A DNA stretch of 64,000 nt from Planctomycetota bacterium (GTDB lineage Bacteria; Planctomycetota; UBA1135; UBA2386): assembly GCA_965223545.1 (NCBI GenBank), contig OZ245006.1:2720001-2784000 (forward strand), written 5' to 3'. This document shows, piece by piece, positions 39,756 to 51,471 of this stretch (positions are counted from its first letter, which is position 1; each line of letters starts with the position of its first letter). The position numbers and the translations under genes were made by a program. A model generated the notes under the pieces. It worked only from the letters and a program-made list of their open reading frames with translations, did no database searches and was not told the origin of the DNA.

Positions 39756-42700
39756 GTGAGCCGCAGCCGTGCCGCGCTATGCTCATGCGCTCGCGTGGCT
39801 CCGACATCCAACAAGCCTCGACCGCGATGGCGGCGTGCCACGATCGGCGCGCTGTTGATCGCGCTCAACACCGTCCTCGCCACCTACCTTCTGCGCCGGC
39901 CGCTGTTCGAGTCCTGGCTCCGCACGGCGCTCGAGCAGCGCCTCGGTCAAGCCCTCGACGCGGAGGTTCAGCTGGGCGCGATCGAGGGCAGCTGGGTCTT
40001 CGACGTCCACCTCCGGGACCTACAGATCCGCAACGGCGGCGGCGTGCTCGCGTCCCTCGAAGACGGACACCTGTCCGCCCGCTGTGCGCCGGTCGAGCTC
40101 GCCACCGGCGCGCTGGCCGGCCTCCGCTCCGTCGAGCTGCGGGCTGCCTCCGCGGAAATCCGCCCGGGAGCCGGACCGGACGCTCCGCCGTCGCAGCCGG
40201 ACGTGGAGCCAATCCCCGACCTCTCCTGGCTCGACGAGATCGCGCCGCACGGCATCCGCGCCGCCGTCGACCGTCTCACGCTGCGCACCGGGGACGACGT
40301 GCACGAGACCGCGGCGCTGCTCGAGCTGCAGCCCAAGCCGGCGGCGGAACGCGGGCGGACGCTGCGGCTGCAGCTGGGCGCCGACCGCCTGGAGCTGGCG
40401 CTGGGCGCCGGAGTCCGCGCGGGACACGGCGAGCTGCGCGTCGCCGATGTCGGCCGGCTGCTGCCGTCGCTCGGCCTACAGACCGGACTCCGCGGCGGTC
40501 AGCTGCGCGCCACCGTCGAGCTCGGGCTCGATCCCGCGCACATCGGCGGCGAGCTGCAACTGCGCGACGCATCCCACCGAGAACGCCGCCTCCAGCGCAC
40601 GTCGATCACCTTCTCCGCCAGCGCGGATCGCATCCGCGTGCCGGACGCCACGGTGGATCTCCCCGGCCTGCGCTTGCGCGCCACCGGCGTCGAGTTGCCC
40701 GCCGACGATGGCGCCGTGGTCTGGCGAACGGCCGCCGGAACCGCATCCGTGACGGTCGACGACCTCTCCGCCTACACCGACCTGCTACCGGCCCCCTTGC
40801 ACGAGTTCCTGCCGCTGCGCGGCGGTGCCGAGCTCCGGCTCACCGCGGGCACGCTGGACATCGACCAGTGCGTGCTGCACGGCCGCGACGCGCGCCTCGC
40901 CATCCGGCGCGGCACGATCGTGCTCGCCGCGGACGCGCGCCAGTCGAGTGGGGAGTTGGCGGTACGGCTCGCGTTCGACGCACCGCGCACCATCCCGATC
41001 GGCGCCGACCGGGGTTGCACCGCCCAGGGTCTCATCGAAGGCACACTGCGCGGCTCGCTCGACGCACCCCGCATCGACGCCGACGTGAACCTGGCACAGC
41101 TCGCGGTGGCGGGGTACGCGCTCGAGGGAGTGCGCGGACGACTGCGCCACGAGGGGTCGCGCACGTCGGCGACAGGCGTCGAGATCGACGCGGTGCGCGC
41201 AGCGGGCGCCACCGGTGATGGCTCACGGCTGCGCGGCGACCTCGCCTTCGAGCTGATGGCGGACGGCTGGCGCATCGAGACCAGCGAGCTCCGCGGCGTG
41301 CTGACGCCGGCCATCCTGGAGGGAGAGCTGCGCGAAGAGTGGGCCCATCGGCTGGCTGCGGCCCCGTTCGCCGTGCGCGGCTGGTTTCGACAACGGCACG
41401 ACGAATGGCCAGAGCTCGACGCCGCCCTGGCTCTGCCCAATCTGCACATCGCCCCCCATCCACCGATCGCGCTGGAAACGGCGGCGATCATCGACGCGCG
41501 CGGAACCTTGCAGCTGCGCGCGCTGCGCGCGCGCGGCGGCGTGCATCTCGACGCGCGGGGCACCGTCCCTCTGGCCAGCGACGGCTTGGTGGACGTGCAC
41601 GCCGCCGCGCACGATCTCGACCTGTCGTCGGCGCTCGCCGCCGCCGGCCTGACCGTAGCGTTGGAGGGCCGGTGCGACGCCAGCGTGCGGCTGCGCGGGC
41701 CGAGGACCGCCCCGACGTTACAGGCCACGGTACACGGCATCCTGCAACCACCCTCGGACACGGCGTTGGCGGCACCGGTCCCCAACGGCCCCGTCGACGT
41801 GGAGCTGCTCGTCGACGGCGTGCCCGGCGTCGGCTTCGACGAGAACGGCCTGCGGCTCGGCACCCCGCAATGCGCGGCGATCGTGCGCGCTACCGGAGGC
41901 GACGGCGCTGGCGCTGCGCTCTGCGATGCCCGCCTCGATCTGCGCGGCGACCGCACGTCGGTCGCGCTGACCAGTCTGCGCGTCGGCCCCGGTGCCGCGA
42001 CCGGTGCCGCCACGGCCTCCGGCCCTTGGACCGCCCTGCTGCAGCCGGAGGGGCTCGCGCCCGAGACCCCGCTCACCGCCAACCTCGCGCTGAGCGAGCT
42101 CGACCTCGGCGCCCTGCAACACCAAGCCTGGTGGCCGGCGCACACCGCAGGGCTGACCGTCAGCGGAATCGCCACCGGTGAGGTGATGGTGGCGGGCTCG
42201 GTGGGCACCCCGCGCAGCACCTTTGCCATCGCCATCGAAAACGGTGAGGTGCGGCAGGAGGACCTGCCGCCGCTGCAGAGCTTCACGGCGCAGCTGCGCG
42301 GCACACCGACCGAGCTCGAAGTCCGCGATGGCCGAGCGACCTGGGCCGGCGGCGGCCTGCAGTTCGGGGGTGCGCTGCGCACGACGGACGCCAGTCCGCT
42401 GTGGTCCTGGTCGCCGGCCGCCATCGCGATCGACGGCCGTGCATCGTGGACCGAGGGCGACGTCGCCGCGCTGCCCGCGTTCTTCGACGGCGCGTGGACG
42501 GCGGCGGGCACCGCCACCGTCGAGGCGACGATCACTGGTACGGCCGCGGCGCCGGCGGTCGCCGGGCGCGCCCAGATCCGCGACGGCCACCTGGCGGAAG
42601 GTGCCTCGATCCTGCTGGATGACATGCAGGCGCGGATCGTCGCCCATCCCGACCACATCGTTCTCGAGCAGCTGACCGCTTCGTCCGACGGCGGCGCGCT

Positions 42701-44009
42701 GCGCGGCAGGGCGCGGATCGAGGGCGGCACCGATGCGCTGCTCGGCGGCGGCGACGCTTGGACCCGGTCCACCGTGGACGGCATCCTGAACCTCGAAGAA
42801 GTGCCGCTCGCCACTCTCTTGCGCGGCGCGCAGGGCGTCAGCCAAGCCGACGGCACGGTCACCGGCAAAGCCACGTTCGCCGGTCCCCTGGCGTCGCCGC
42901 GCGCCACCGCGCGCGTGCACCTGCGGGACGGAGTGCTCAAGCTCGCGCAGCTGCCCCGCCTGGACGGCCTCAATGGCACGGTGGAGCTGGAGGAGGACCG
43001 CGCGACGCTGGCCGACGGCCGCGGGCGCGCGGGGGCTGGCGAGTTCCAGCTGACGGCGCGCGCCGCGACGACCGACGGCGCCACGCTGTGGAACACGCAG
43101 GAGCCCCTCGAGCTCGAGGCGAAGCTCACCGGCGAAGACGTGCTCCTGTACCGGGCGCGCGGCGTCAAGGTCCGCGCCAACGCGGCGCTCGAGCTCAAAG
43201 GCCACCTTGAGCAGATGGCGCTGAGCGGCACCGTCGGGATCACCGATGCGGCGCTGGTGCGGCGCATCCCGTTGCTCCCAGACCTGACCGCCCGCGGCGG
43301 CGGAATCGAGGCGAGCAGCGGTTTGCGGCTGCCGGGCATCGGCGCGGTCGGTGAGCGCATCGCCGTCGACGTCGCGGTGCAAACCCTGGAGCCGTTCGAC
43401 GCCGACACCAACGTCCTGCGCGCGCAGCTCGACGCCGCCCTGCGCCTGCGCGGCACTGCGGCCCAGCCGCATCTCGAGGGCACCATCTCCGCGCAACGCG
43501 GCACGCTGGCGTTTCCCGGCACCAAGCTGCGGCTCGACAGCCTGGTGCTCAGCTTCGATGCGGACCGGCCCCAGCTGCCCGGCATCTTGCTGCACGCCAA
43601 CGGCCGACGCCACGGCATCCACGTGCAGATGACGGTCGAGGGCCCCTACGACGAACCCGAAGTCGTGCTGACGTCGGCCCCCGCCGTGCCCCCGCAAGAG
43701 CTGGTCGTGCTGCTGACGACCGGCGCCCTGCCGTCGACGCTGCGCAACCTCGGGCCGCAGGGGCAAGCCACGCTGCTCGGGTCGTTCTTGGCGGAGGAGA
43801 TCTTCTACACCTACTTCGGCAGCGACAGCACCGAGGACACCCAACGGCTGCTGGACCGGTTCCACATCGAGTCGGGGCGAGAGGTGAGCTCACGTGGCGA
43901 GGAGAGCCTGCTGTTCGAGTTCGACCTCGACGAACGACTGGCGCTGCAAGCCGAGCGCGACGTCTACGAGGACTTCAACATGGGTGTGGTCTACCGCATC
44001 CGATTCTGA
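39756..44009 (+). CDS. tamB: Translocation and assembly module TamB (AsmA-like)
   Basis: N-terminal TM, long beta-taco repeats (L.G....P...G), C-terminus VVYRIRF, upstream of an Omp85 gene. Confidence 0.85.
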   Translation: MSRSRAALCSCARVAPTSNKPRPRWRRATIGALLIALNTVLATYLLRRPLFESWLRTALEQRLGQALDAEVQLGAIEGSWVFDVHLRDLQIRNGGGVLASLEDGHLSARCAPVELATGALAGLRSVELRAASAEIRPGAGPDAPPSQPDVEPIPDLSWLDEIAPHGIRAAVDRLTLRTGDDVHETAALLELQPKPAAERGRTLRLQLGADRLELALGAGVRAGHGELRVADVGRLLPSLGLQTGLRGGQLRATVELGLDPAHIGGELQLRDASHRERRLQRTSITFSASADRIRVPDATVDLPGLRLRATGVELPADDGAVVWRTAAGTASVTVDDLSAYTDLLPAPLHEFLPLRGGAELRLTAGTLDIDQCVLHGRDARLAIRRGTIVLAADARQSSGELAVRLAFDAPRTIPIGADRGCTAQGLIEGTLRGSLDAPRIDADVNLAQLAVAGYALEGVRGRLRHEGSRTSATGVEIDAVRAAGATGDGSRLRGDLAFELMADGWRIETSELRGVLTPAILEGELREEWAHRLAAAPFAVRGWFRQRHDEWPELDAALALPNLHIAPHPPIALETAAIIDARGTLQLRALRARGGVHLDARGTVPLASDGLVDVHAAAHDLDLSSALAAAGLTVALEGRCDASVRLRGPRTAPTLQATVHGILQPPSDTALAAPVPNGPVDVELLVDGVPGVGFDENGLRLGTPQCAAIVRATGGDGAGAALCDARLDLRGDRTSVALTSLRVGPGAATGAATASGPWTALLQPEGLAPETPLTANLALSELDLGALQHQAWWPAHTAGLTVSGIATGEVMVAGSVGTPRSTFAIAIENGEVRQEDLPPLQSFTAQLRGTPTELEVRDGRATWAGGGLQFGGALRTTDASPLWSWSPAAIAIDGRASWTEGDVAALPAFFDGAWTAAGTATVEATITGTAAAPAVAGRAQIRDGHLAEGASILLDDMQARIVAHPDHIVLEQLTASSDGGALRGRARIEGGTDALLGGGDAWTRSTVDGILNLEEVPLATLLRGAQGVSQADGTVTGKATFAGPLASPRATARVHLRDGVLKLAQLPRLDGLNGTVELEEDRATLADGRGRAGAGEFQLTARAATTDGATLWNTQEPLELEAKLTGEDVLLYRARGVKVRANAALELKGHLEQMALSGTVGITDAALVRRIPLLPDLTARGGGIEASSGLRLPGIGAVGERIAVDVAVQTLEPFDADTNVLRAQLDAALRLRGTAAQPHLEGTISAQRGTLAFPGTKLRLDSLVLSFDADRPQLPGILLHANGRRHGIHVQMTVEGPYDEPEVVLTSAPAVPPQELVVLLTTGALPSTLRNLGPQGQATLLGSFLAEEIFYTYFGSDSTEDTQRLLDRFHIESGREVSSRGEESLLFEFDLDERLALQAERDVYEDFNMGVVYRIRF

Positions 44010-44015
44010 TCCTCC

Positions 44016-46097
44016 GTGGCACCACCAGCGCGAGCACCTTCTCCCGCAAGGGCGACTGCAGCACTGCTGGCGCTCTGCATGGGCGGCTGCAGCCTGTGGA
44101 ACCCGACGTACCAAGCCGACCGGGACCAGGCCGACGCCGCAGGCACCGCCATCGTGGAACTCACGGTGGGGGGCAACGAGGGCATCGGCGTTCCGCGCCT
44201 GCGCCGGGAGATCGAGGACTACCTGATCGACGTGTCGCGCGATCCACAACGCGAGGGTGCCGTGTTCGACGCGGCCGAGGATCTGCGCGAGCTGTATCGG
44301 GCATCCGGCTACCCCGAGGCGCGCGTCGACTACGCGCTGACTCAGGTCGGGGATGGCGATCCACCCCGAGTGCGCGTCGCCTTCTCCATCGAGGAAGGTC
44401 CGCTGGTCGTGATCGACGAACCCACGATCAGCGGCAACCAGCACTTCGACGACGAGACGCTGCGCCGGCTCTGGTCCCGCCAACAATCCGGTCTGCTCGG
44501 CCTCGGCGACGCCATCTTCGTCGCCGCGGAGTTCGACACCCTGGCGGCGGACATCCAGGCTCTGTACCAGGAGAACGGCTTTCTGCTCGCCGCGGCGACC
44601 GCCGCGACCGACCACGCGACCGGGACCTCGCGCGCGTCGGCACACCTGACGATCGACGAGGGCCCGCGGTTCGAGTTCGCGACCGTCGAGCTGGATCCCC
44701 CGTTGCGCGCCGCCCTGGAAGGCGTGGCGCCCCGACCGCCGACCGGCTGGTTCTCGGCGACCCGGCTGCAGGACTACAGCCTCGCGCTCCGCGCGACGCT
44801 CCGCCGCCGCGGCCACCCCAAGCCGGCGATGCGGGTGGCGTCGACGATCGACGCCGAGCGCCGCCAAGTCCGGGTCGCCATCACCGGCGAGCCCGGCCGC
44901 CGGGCGGCGATCGGCGAGATCGAGATCGAGGGCAACGAAAAGACCAGCGAAGCGCTGATCCGCAACCGCCTCGCGCTGTCGGTCGGCGACCGGTACGACG
45001 GCGACCGCGAAGACGCCGGCCTGCGCCGCCTGTATCTGACCGGCCTGTTCACCAAGGTGCGCATTCGCCACGACTGGCTCGACGGGGACCGCATCCGGGT
45101 GACGGTCGAAGTGGAAGAGGACCGCTCGCGCGCCCTCGAGGCGATGGTCGGTTACGGCAGCTACGAGCGCCTGCGCGCCGGCCTGCGCTACGACGAGAAG
45201 AACCTGCTGGGCTCCGGCCTGCAGCTGACCATGCTCGGCCGCATCAGCCAACGCGGCTATCGCACCGGCATTTCGCTGACCAATCCCTACCTGTTCGGCA
45301 CCGAGACCGCGTTGACGGTCGGCAGCGAGTTCTTCGAGCGGCAGGAACCATCGTTTCGCGACCGCGCGGTGGGCAGCACGGTGTCGCTGTCGCGCAGGCT
45401 GCTGTCGCGCACGACTGGTCGGATCGGCTACTCGTTCCGCGACCATGCCGATGCCCTGGCGCAGGTCGTCGACCCCGGCAGCCGGTTCGTCGACTACGTC
45501 GAGGGCAGGGTGTTCGCCGAGCTCAAGAACGACCACCGCGACAACATCCTCTTCCCGAAATCGGGCCACGAGCAGTTCGTGCTGTTCGAGGTGATGGACG
45601 ACACCCTCGGCGCCGACGTCTCGTTCCAGCGGCTGCGCCTGGGCGCGACCGCGCACCTGCCGCTCTCGGAGAACCTGAGGCTGGTGCTGCGCACCGAGCA
45701 GGGCTGGCTGTGGCCCGGCGACACCTCCGCCGAGATCCCGCTGCAGGAGCGCTTCTTCAATGGCGGCGAGAGCACGGTTCGGTCGTTCCGCGAGTCACGT
45801 CTCGGACCGACCGACGCGCTCGGCGCGCCGATCGGCGGCGAGTTCCGCAACATCCTCAGCTGCGAGCTGCGCGCCCCCGTGTGGAAGACCCTCGAGGGCT
45901 CGCTGTTCGTCGACGCCGGCAACGTCGGCCGCAGTGTGGACGACTACGGCTTCGACGACTTGCGTTACGCGGTCGGTGCCGGCCTGCGCCTGGTGCTTCC
46001 CATCGGTCCGCTGCGCCTCGACCTGGCCCACAACCCCGACCGCGAGCTCGGCGAGAAGGAGTGGGTGACGCACTTCAGCGTCGGCTACCCGTTTTAG
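44016..46097 (+). CDS. tamA: TamA/BamA-family Omp85 outer membrane protein with POTRA domains
   Basis: Lipobox-like GGC; POTRA motifs (I.GN..T...IR); ERFFNGGESTVRSF, IGPLRLD, terminal HFSVGYPF. Confidence 0.88.
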   Translation: MAPPARAPSPARATAALLALCMGGCSLWNPTYQADRDQADAAGTAIVELTVGGNEGIGVPRLRREIEDYLIDVSRDPQREGAVFDAAEDLRELYRASGYPEARVDYALTQVGDGDPPRVRVAFSIEEGPLVVIDEPTISGNQHFDDETLRRLWSRQQSGLLGLGDAIFVAAEFDTLAADIQALYQENGFLLAAATAATDHATGTSRASAHLTIDEGPRFEFATVELDPPLRAALEGVAPRPPTGWFSATRLQDYSLALRATLRRRGHPKPAMRVASTIDAERRQVRVAITGEPGRRAAIGEIEIEGNEKTSEALIRNRLALSVGDRYDGDREDAGLRRLYLTGLFTKVRIRHDWLDGDRIRVTVEVEEDRSRALEAMVGYGSYERLRAGLRYDEKNLLGSGLQLTMLGRISQRGYRTGISLTNPYLFGTETALTVGSEFFERQEPSFRDRAVGSTVSLSRRLLSRTTGRIGYSFRDHADALAQVVDPGSRFVDYVEGRVFAELKNDHRDNILFPKSGHEQFVLFEVMDDTLGADVSFQRLRLGATAHLPLSENLRLVLRTEQGWLWPGDTSAEIPLQERFFNGGESTVRSFRESRLGPTDALGAPIGGEFRNILSCELRAPVWKTLEGSLFVDAGNVGRSVDDYGFDDLRYAVGAGLRLVLPIGPLRLDLAHNPDRELGEKEWVTHFSVGYPF

Positions 46098-47050
46098 CGG
46101 GCCACCGGCGGAACGCGCACGCGTTCCGTGGTATCACCGATCGTCACAGCGAATGGGAACCCGCGGTTCGACGACGCCGCCCCCCACCGGCCGTTCACGT
46201 CGAGGGCGATGAAGCTGGCGCTCAGGTCGTAGCCCTTGGGGTCGCGCCGCGCCATGTCGTGCAACACCGCTTCGCACGCCTGCTGCGGTGGCGCACCGGC
46301 GCGCATGCGCTCGACGACGGCATAGGACGCACAGTGCCGCATGATGTTCTCTCCCAAACCGGTGGCCCCAGCGGCGCCGACCTCGTTGTCGACGTAGAGC
46401 CCGGCGCCGAGAATCGGCGAGTCGCCGACACGGCCGGGGAGCTTGCCGCCCGCTCCGCTGGTCGAGCAGCCGCCGGCCACGTCTCCGTTCGGGCCCAGGC
46501 CCAGCAGAGTGACGGTGTCGTGACCGGTCAGCGGTGCCGGTGGCTGTGGTTGCCGTTCTCGCCACGCCTGTTTCAGCGCGGCGTGCCCCGAGACATCGAC
46601 CGACTCCAGGCCGTGCTCCAGGGCGAACCACCGCGCGCCCTCACCCACCAGCATCACGTGCTTGCTGTGCTCCATCACGCGGCGCGCCGCGGTGATCGGG
46701 TGCACGATGCCCTCTAGGCCCGCGACGCTACCGGCGCGATGGCCGGGTCCGTACATGATGCAGGCGTCGAGCTGGGTGTAGCCGGCGGCGTTCGGTCGGC
46801 CGGCCAAGCCGACGCTGCCGTCGGGACCGCGGCTCTCGACGTCGCGAATGCCCTGCTCGACGGCATCCAACAGCGACGCGCCGCCACGCATCGCGGCCGC
46901 CGCGGTCTCGGTCGCGAACCTGCCAAAGGGCCATGTGGCGACGAACAACGGCGGTCGCGAGCCGGGCCGGGCGCCGGCGACACAGCCGGCCGCGGCGGTC
47001 ACCGGGACGGCGCCCGCGGCAGCGGACAAGAACGTGCGTCTGTCGATCAT
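46094..47050 (-). CDS. Tat-exported glycosylasparaginase (Ntn hydrolase, asparaginase-2 family)
   Basis: Tat signal DRRTFL; LDACIM, GHDTV cleavage site, GRVGDSPILGAG, ATGLGE. Confidence 0.9.
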   Translation of the reverse strand: MIDRRTFLSAAAGAVPVTAAAGCVAGARPGSRPPLFVATWPFGRFATETAAAAMRGGASLLDAVEQGIRDVESRGPDGSVGLAGRPNAAGYTQLDACIMYGPGHRAGSVAGLEGIVHPITAARRVMEHSKHVMLVGEGARWFALEHGLESVDVSGHAALKQAWRERQPQPPAPLTGHDTVTLLGLGPNGDVAGGCSTSGAGGKLPGRVGDSPILGAGLYVDNEVGAAGATGLGENIMRHCASYAVVERMRAGAPPQQACEAVLHDMARRDPKGYDLSASFIALDVNGRWGAASSNRGFPFAVTIGDTTERVRVPPVAR

Positions 47051-47097
47051 GCTTCTCGCCGAGCATAGCTGCGCCGCCGTACCAGTCACCGTGGCTG

Positions 47098-47517
47098 TCA
47101 CGCACAGCTGTCGCAGACCCCGACCACGCGGATCTCGACATCCCGCTCGCGCAGCGCCCGCGGCGCGACGCGCGCCCCCCGCAGGGCCAGCTCGACTCCC
47201 TCCAGGCACGCGATCGTGCCGCACTCGTCGCAGACGAAGTGCGGATGGGCCGCCTCCCGCTCGAGCACCGCTTCGAAGCGCCAGACGTGGTCGCCGACGT
47301 CGAAACGGCGCGCCAGCCCGACCCGCGCGAGATCGAGCAAGTTGCGATACACGGTGGTCCGGTTCCACGGCCCGCGGGCCAGCGTGGCCGCCATCTCGCC
47401 GTGGCTGACGGGCCCTTCGCTGCGGCGCAGCGCGTCGAGCACCGCGACCCTCGAAGGCGTGGCGCGAAGACCGGCGCCGCGCAGAGCGGCACGCGTGGCG
47501 GGCGCGGACGGGGACAT
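47098..47517 (-). CDS. Fur-family transcriptional regulator
   Basis: GLRATPSRVAVL, TVYRNL, HPHFVCDECG, C-terminal CDSC. Confidence 0.9.
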   Translation of the reverse strand: MSPSAPATRAALRGAGLRATPSRVAVLDALRRSEGPVSHGEMAATLARGPWNRTTVYRNLLDLARVGLARRFDVGDHVWRFEAVLEREAAHPHFVCDECGTIACLEGVELALRGARVAPRALRERDVEIRVVGVCDSCA

Positions 47518-47603
47518 CGCCCGCAGTGTAAGCGCAAACTGCCGATCGCGCCGGGGCGGCGGCGACCGCGATCCGGCGAGCGCGGCCTGCTAACATCCCC
47601 CGC

Positions 47604-49478
47604 ATGGGGCCGCTCTGCCACGACACCGACGCCTTCTTGCCGATGTCCCGCGCCGAGATCGAGGCCCGGGGATGGGACGAGGTCGACGTGGTGTTCGTCA
47701 CCGGCGATGCCTACATCGATCATCCCTCGTTCGCGATGGCGATCCTCGGCCGCACCCTGGAAGCCCACGGCTTCCGCGTCGCGATCCTCGCCCAGCCCGA
47801 CTGGCGCAGCGCAGCACCGTGGCGAGAGCTCGGCCGACCGCGGCTCTTCTACGCCGTCAGCGCCGGCAACATGGACTCGATGATCAACCACTACACCGCC
47901 AACAAGAAGCGGCGCAACGAGGACGCCTATTCGCCCGGCGGTGCGATCGGACGACGGCCTGACCGCGCCACCAACGTGTACGCGCAGCGTTGTCGCGAGG
48001 CATTCGCCGGAGTGCCGGTCATCGCCGGCGGCGTCGAGGCGTCACTGCGGCGGATCGCCCACTACGACTATTGGAGCGATGCGGTGCGGCCCAGCGTGCT
48101 GGTCACGGCCAAGCCCGATTTGCTCGGCTTCGGCATGGGCGAGCGCACCATCGTGGCCATCGCCCAACGGCTACAGGCCGGCGCGCCGGTGCAGGACCTG
48201 CGCGACCTGCGCGGGGTCGCCTATCTGCTCGGACGCACGGAGACCGTGCCACAGCACCGCTTCCACCCCGATGGCGATGTGGACGACGTCGAACTGCCCG
48301 CCTTGGAGCGCGTGCGCACCGACCCACGCGCGTTCGCCGAGATGACGGCGAAGCTGCACCACGAGACCAATCCGCTCAACGGCCGCCGCCTACTGCAGCT
48401 GCACGGCGACCGCACCGTGGTGATCAATCCGCCCGATCTACCGCTCACTGAGGCCGAGCTCGACGCCGCCTACGACCTCGCCTACACGCGGCGGCCGCAC
48501 CCTTCCTACCGAGAACGCATTCCCGCGCACACGATGATCGCCGACTCGGTGACCATCATGCGCGGCTGCTTCGGCGGCTGCACCTTCTGCTCGATCACGA
48601 TGCATCAGGGGCGCGCCATCCAGAGCCGCAGCGAGGGGTCCATCCTGCGCGAGCTGCACGGCATGGCGCGCGATCCCGACTTCAAGGGCACGGTCAGCGA
48701 TCTCGGCGGACCGACCGCCAACATGTACCGGATGCGCTGCACGCGGCCCGAGATCGAGCAGCGCTGCCGTCGGCTGTCGTGCGTGCACCCAACCGTGTGC
48801 AAGCTGCTGGACACCAGCCACGAGCCAACCATTCAGCTGATGCGCAAGGCGCGCGCGGTGCCCGGCATCCGGCGCGTGCACATCGCCTCGGGCATCCGCA
48901 TGGATCTCGCGCGGCGCTCCGATGGCTATCTCGACGAGCTGGTCCGCCACCACGTCGGCGGCCACCTCAAGGTCGCTCCCGAGCACGTCAGCGATCGCGT
49001 CCTCGCCAAGATGAAGAAGCCCGCACAGCACACGTTCGAGGAGTTTGCCGACCGGTTCGAAGCGGCGTCGGCGCGTGCCGGCAAGGAGCAGTACTTGGTG
49101 CCGTACTTCATCGCCAGCCACCCCGGCAGCGAAGTCGAGGACATGATCCAGCTGGCGGAGTTCTTGGCCCAACGGGGATACAAGCCACGGCAGGTGCAGG
49201 ACTTCATTCCCGCACCGATGGACATCGCGACCTGCATGTACCACACCGGGCTGGATCCCCTGACCATGCAGCCGGTGTCGACCGCGCGGCGGCTGCGCGA
49301 CCGCCGCGTGCAGCGCGCGCTGATGCAGTTCTTCCGTCCCGAGAACTACTTCGTGGTCAAGCAGGCGCTGCGCGAGGCGGGCCGCACCGACTTGATCGGC
49401 AATGGCCGCCGTTGCCTGATCCCCGCGAATCCGCCGAAGGCGGCGCGCAGCGCGAAGGACCGCGCATCGATGGACTAG
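47604..49478 (+). CDS. ygiQ: YgiQ-family (UPF0313) radical SAM protein
   Basis: [50 protein letters not shown]. Confidence 0.93.
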   Translation: MGPLCHDTDAFLPMSRAEIEARGWDEVDVVFVTGDAYIDHPSFAMAILGRTLEAHGFRVAILAQPDWRSAAPWRELGRPRLFYAVSAGNMDSMINHYTANKKRRNEDAYSPGGAIGRRPDRATNVYAQRCREAFAGVPVIAGGVEASLRRIAHYDYWSDAVRPSVLVTAKPDLLGFGMGERTIVAIAQRLQAGAPVQDLRDLRGVAYLLGRTETVPQHRFHPDGDVDDVELPALERVRTDPRAFAEMTAKLHHETNPLNGRRLLQLHGDRTVVINPPDLPLTEAELDAAYDLAYTRRPHPSYRERIPAHTMIADSVTIMRGCFGGCTFCSITMHQGRAIQSRSEGSILRELHGMARDPDFKGTVSDLGGPTANMYRMRCTRPEIEQRCRRLSCVHPTVCKLLDTSHEPTIQLMRKARAVPGIRRVHIASGIRMDLARRSDGYLDELVRHHVGGHLKVAPEHVSDRVLAKMKKPAQHTFEEFADRFEAASARAGKEQYLVPYFIASHPGSEVEDMIQLAEFLAQRGYKPRQVQDFIPAPMDIATCMYHTGLDPLTMQPVSTARRLRDRRVQRALMQFFRPENYFVVKQALREAGRTDLIGNGRRCLIPANPPKAARSAKDRASMD

Positions 49479-49723
49479 CTCGGCTCTGCGTCTAGCGCAA
49501 CTACCGCTGCGGCTGGGGCGGTTGCCCGCAGCAAGGCCGTGATCCCTCCAAGGATCCCGATCAGAGCGAGAACCCACGCCCCCGTCGCACCGATGCCGAT
49601 CTCGAGACCGTACCGGAAGACGGCCCACGGCACGCCGATGGCGACGCCGGAACCGCAGACCATCGCCGCGATCGTCAGTCCGGTCCTACGACGATGCGGG
49701 GCCACTTCCATGGATGTCGACAT
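49475..49723 (-). CDS. Small two-TM membrane protein
   Basis: AGGAG upstream of ATG; two hydrophobic segments. Confidence 0.55.
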   Translation of the reverse strand: MSTSMEVAPHRRRTGLTIAAMVCGSGVAIGVPWAVFRYGLEIGIGATGAWVLALIGILGGITALLRATAPAAAVVALDAEPS

Positions 49724-50032
49724 GTCAGGTCTCCTATCGAGCAGGGCCATGCGCGCCCGCGTAGCCAGTATTCCCGGGTCGCCAGTACTCGCAGTCAAGG
49801 CGGGTCATCCGCTGACCGCGCGTGTCGCTTGAATCTGCCCGAAGTACTGTCGATCCCGCCGTCGTCCACGAGCGCCTGTCGCTGCCCAACAGTCGCTGAG
49901 GAACCCCTTTGGCTGCGACGCCGAAGCTCTTCCGTGGCCCCGTCAGCGGCCACCGAGCCCATCGCTTGGGTAGGCGATCGACGGCCGCCACGGGGCCTGG
50001 GCGAACGTCGGAGCGGTCGCTACTCTGGGCGC

Positions 50033-51313
50033 ATGCGAGCGCTCCCAAGGATTCTCATTGCGGGTCTGGCCGTTCCGTTTTGTGCACCGAACCCCGCGGC
50101 TCAGGCGCACGCGGGGCACTACTTTGTTTCGCTCCGGCCCAACCGCATCGGAGTCGTGCACCCTCGGATCCCGGGGCCGGGGGCCTTCGTTCAGCAACTG
50201 CCGCCGGCCTTGAACGGCGTGACATCGTTTCCCTTCTCGCTCGCTGTGCGTGAATCCGACGGGATGTTGTTGGTCGGCACGCGAGCTGTCTCAGGGACGC
50301 AGGTGCGCCTCCATTGGCTTCATCTGCAATCGCTCTCGGTCGTCGAGGCAACATCTGCTGCTCTTGGAGTGGCCAGTCCGACCTTCTTCGGCGCCCGAGT
50401 GACGGACCTCGCAATGCTCCCCGACGGGCGCGCGTTGGCCATGGTCCAGGGCATCCAGGGGTCTCCTCTGGCTATCGTGGATGACGCCGGGACGAGCGTG
50501 AAGGTTCCGCTCGAGAATGCATCGTTTTTCCAAACCAACGGGAACGAGTACGTGGTGACGGACCAGACGGGTTCCATTGCGTTCTTCACCCGCTCGAGCG
50601 ACCTCTACAGCATCCCGCTTCCGGGCGGTGGCACCGCGACGCGAGTCTACCGGTCGACGGGATCGTTGTCGTCACTCGCCAGAGGCCGCAACAACGATCT
50701 CGTCTTTGCGCATACCGGAACGATGTACTCTCTCGACCTGCAGACAGGCATCGCGACCGCGGCTCGACCTGTGCCGGCCTCGTTGTTCTGCCGCGAACGC
50801 GCGACAGATGAGGTCGCGGTCCTGCAGGTCAGCCCGTTCGGTGGCACGTCGACCGTTTCGCACGTCTCCCCGAATGGATCGGTGACGCCACTTACGACAT
50901 TCAATGCCTATGGTGAGGGCATCGCGTGCGCTCCGGCTCCGTCCCTCTATGGATCCGGGACCGGGGGGTACTCGACGTACGGATGGCAGGTCGATCCCAC
51001 GCCGGGAGGTCTGCCGCGCTTGGGCAACGCCCAGTTCGGCGTCCAGAGCCTCGCATCAAGCGGGGGGACAGCGGGTGTCGTCTTTGCCAGTGGCACTCCG
51101 ACTCGGGCGACGGTTGTCGGGTTCGAGCTACTGCTCGGGTTCCCGCAGGTGTTCTTGGGTGCATTGCCGGCGGCCGGACCGTTGCCTCTGCCGATCCCCA
51201 ACGCCATGCCCCTGCTAGGGCAGATTCTGCATCTGCAGAGCTACCACCTGGACGCCGGAGCACCGCAAGGGATCGGAGCGTCGACGGGGCTGCGGGTCAC
51301 GGTGCTTCGCTGA
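50033..51313 (+). CDS. Secreted beta-propeller-like protein with conserved C-terminal domain
   Basis: Signal peptide; C-terminus YGSG..GLPRLGN..LPLPIPNAMPLLGQILHLQSYHLD..ASTGLRVTV; codon usage looks less GC-biased. Confidence 0.75.
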   Translation: MRALPRILIAGLAVPFCAPNPAAQAHAGHYFVSLRPNRIGVVHPRIPGPGAFVQQLPPALNGVTSFPFSLAVRESDGMLLVGTRAVSGTQVRLHWLHLQSLSVVEATSAALGVASPTFFGARVTDLAMLPDGRALAMVQGIQGSPLAIVDDAGTSVKVPLENASFFQTNGNEYVVTDQTGSIAFFTRSSDLYSIPLPGGGTATRVYRSTGSLSSLARGRNNDLVFAHTGTMYSLDLQTGIATAARPVPASLFCRERATDEVAVLQVSPFGGTSTVSHVSPNGSVTPLTTFNAYGEGIACAPAPSLYGSGTGGYSTYGWQVDPTPGGLPRLGNAQFGVQSLASSGGTAGVVFASGTPTRATVVGFELLLGFPQVFLGALPAAGPLPLPIPNAMPLLGQILHLQSYHLDAGAPQGIGASTGLRVTVLR

Positions 51314-51471
51314 CTCTCATGAAGCGCTCGAGGGCAGCCTGATCTCGGGCTTCTCCAGAGACAAGGTGACCCTCGCGGCAACGTGATGCCCTCGCCGCCT
51401 CGGCTCGCGCAGCGGCGGACGGCGCCCCAATGGAGTAACTCGACCCCGAGTCGGAGATACACTCGGGCGTC

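Noticed and set aside
49760..49850. Short AGTA-containing repeats (GCCAGTATT, GCCAGTACT, GAAGTACT) in a divergent intergenic region
   Set aside because: Too short and irregular to call an operator or ncRNA.
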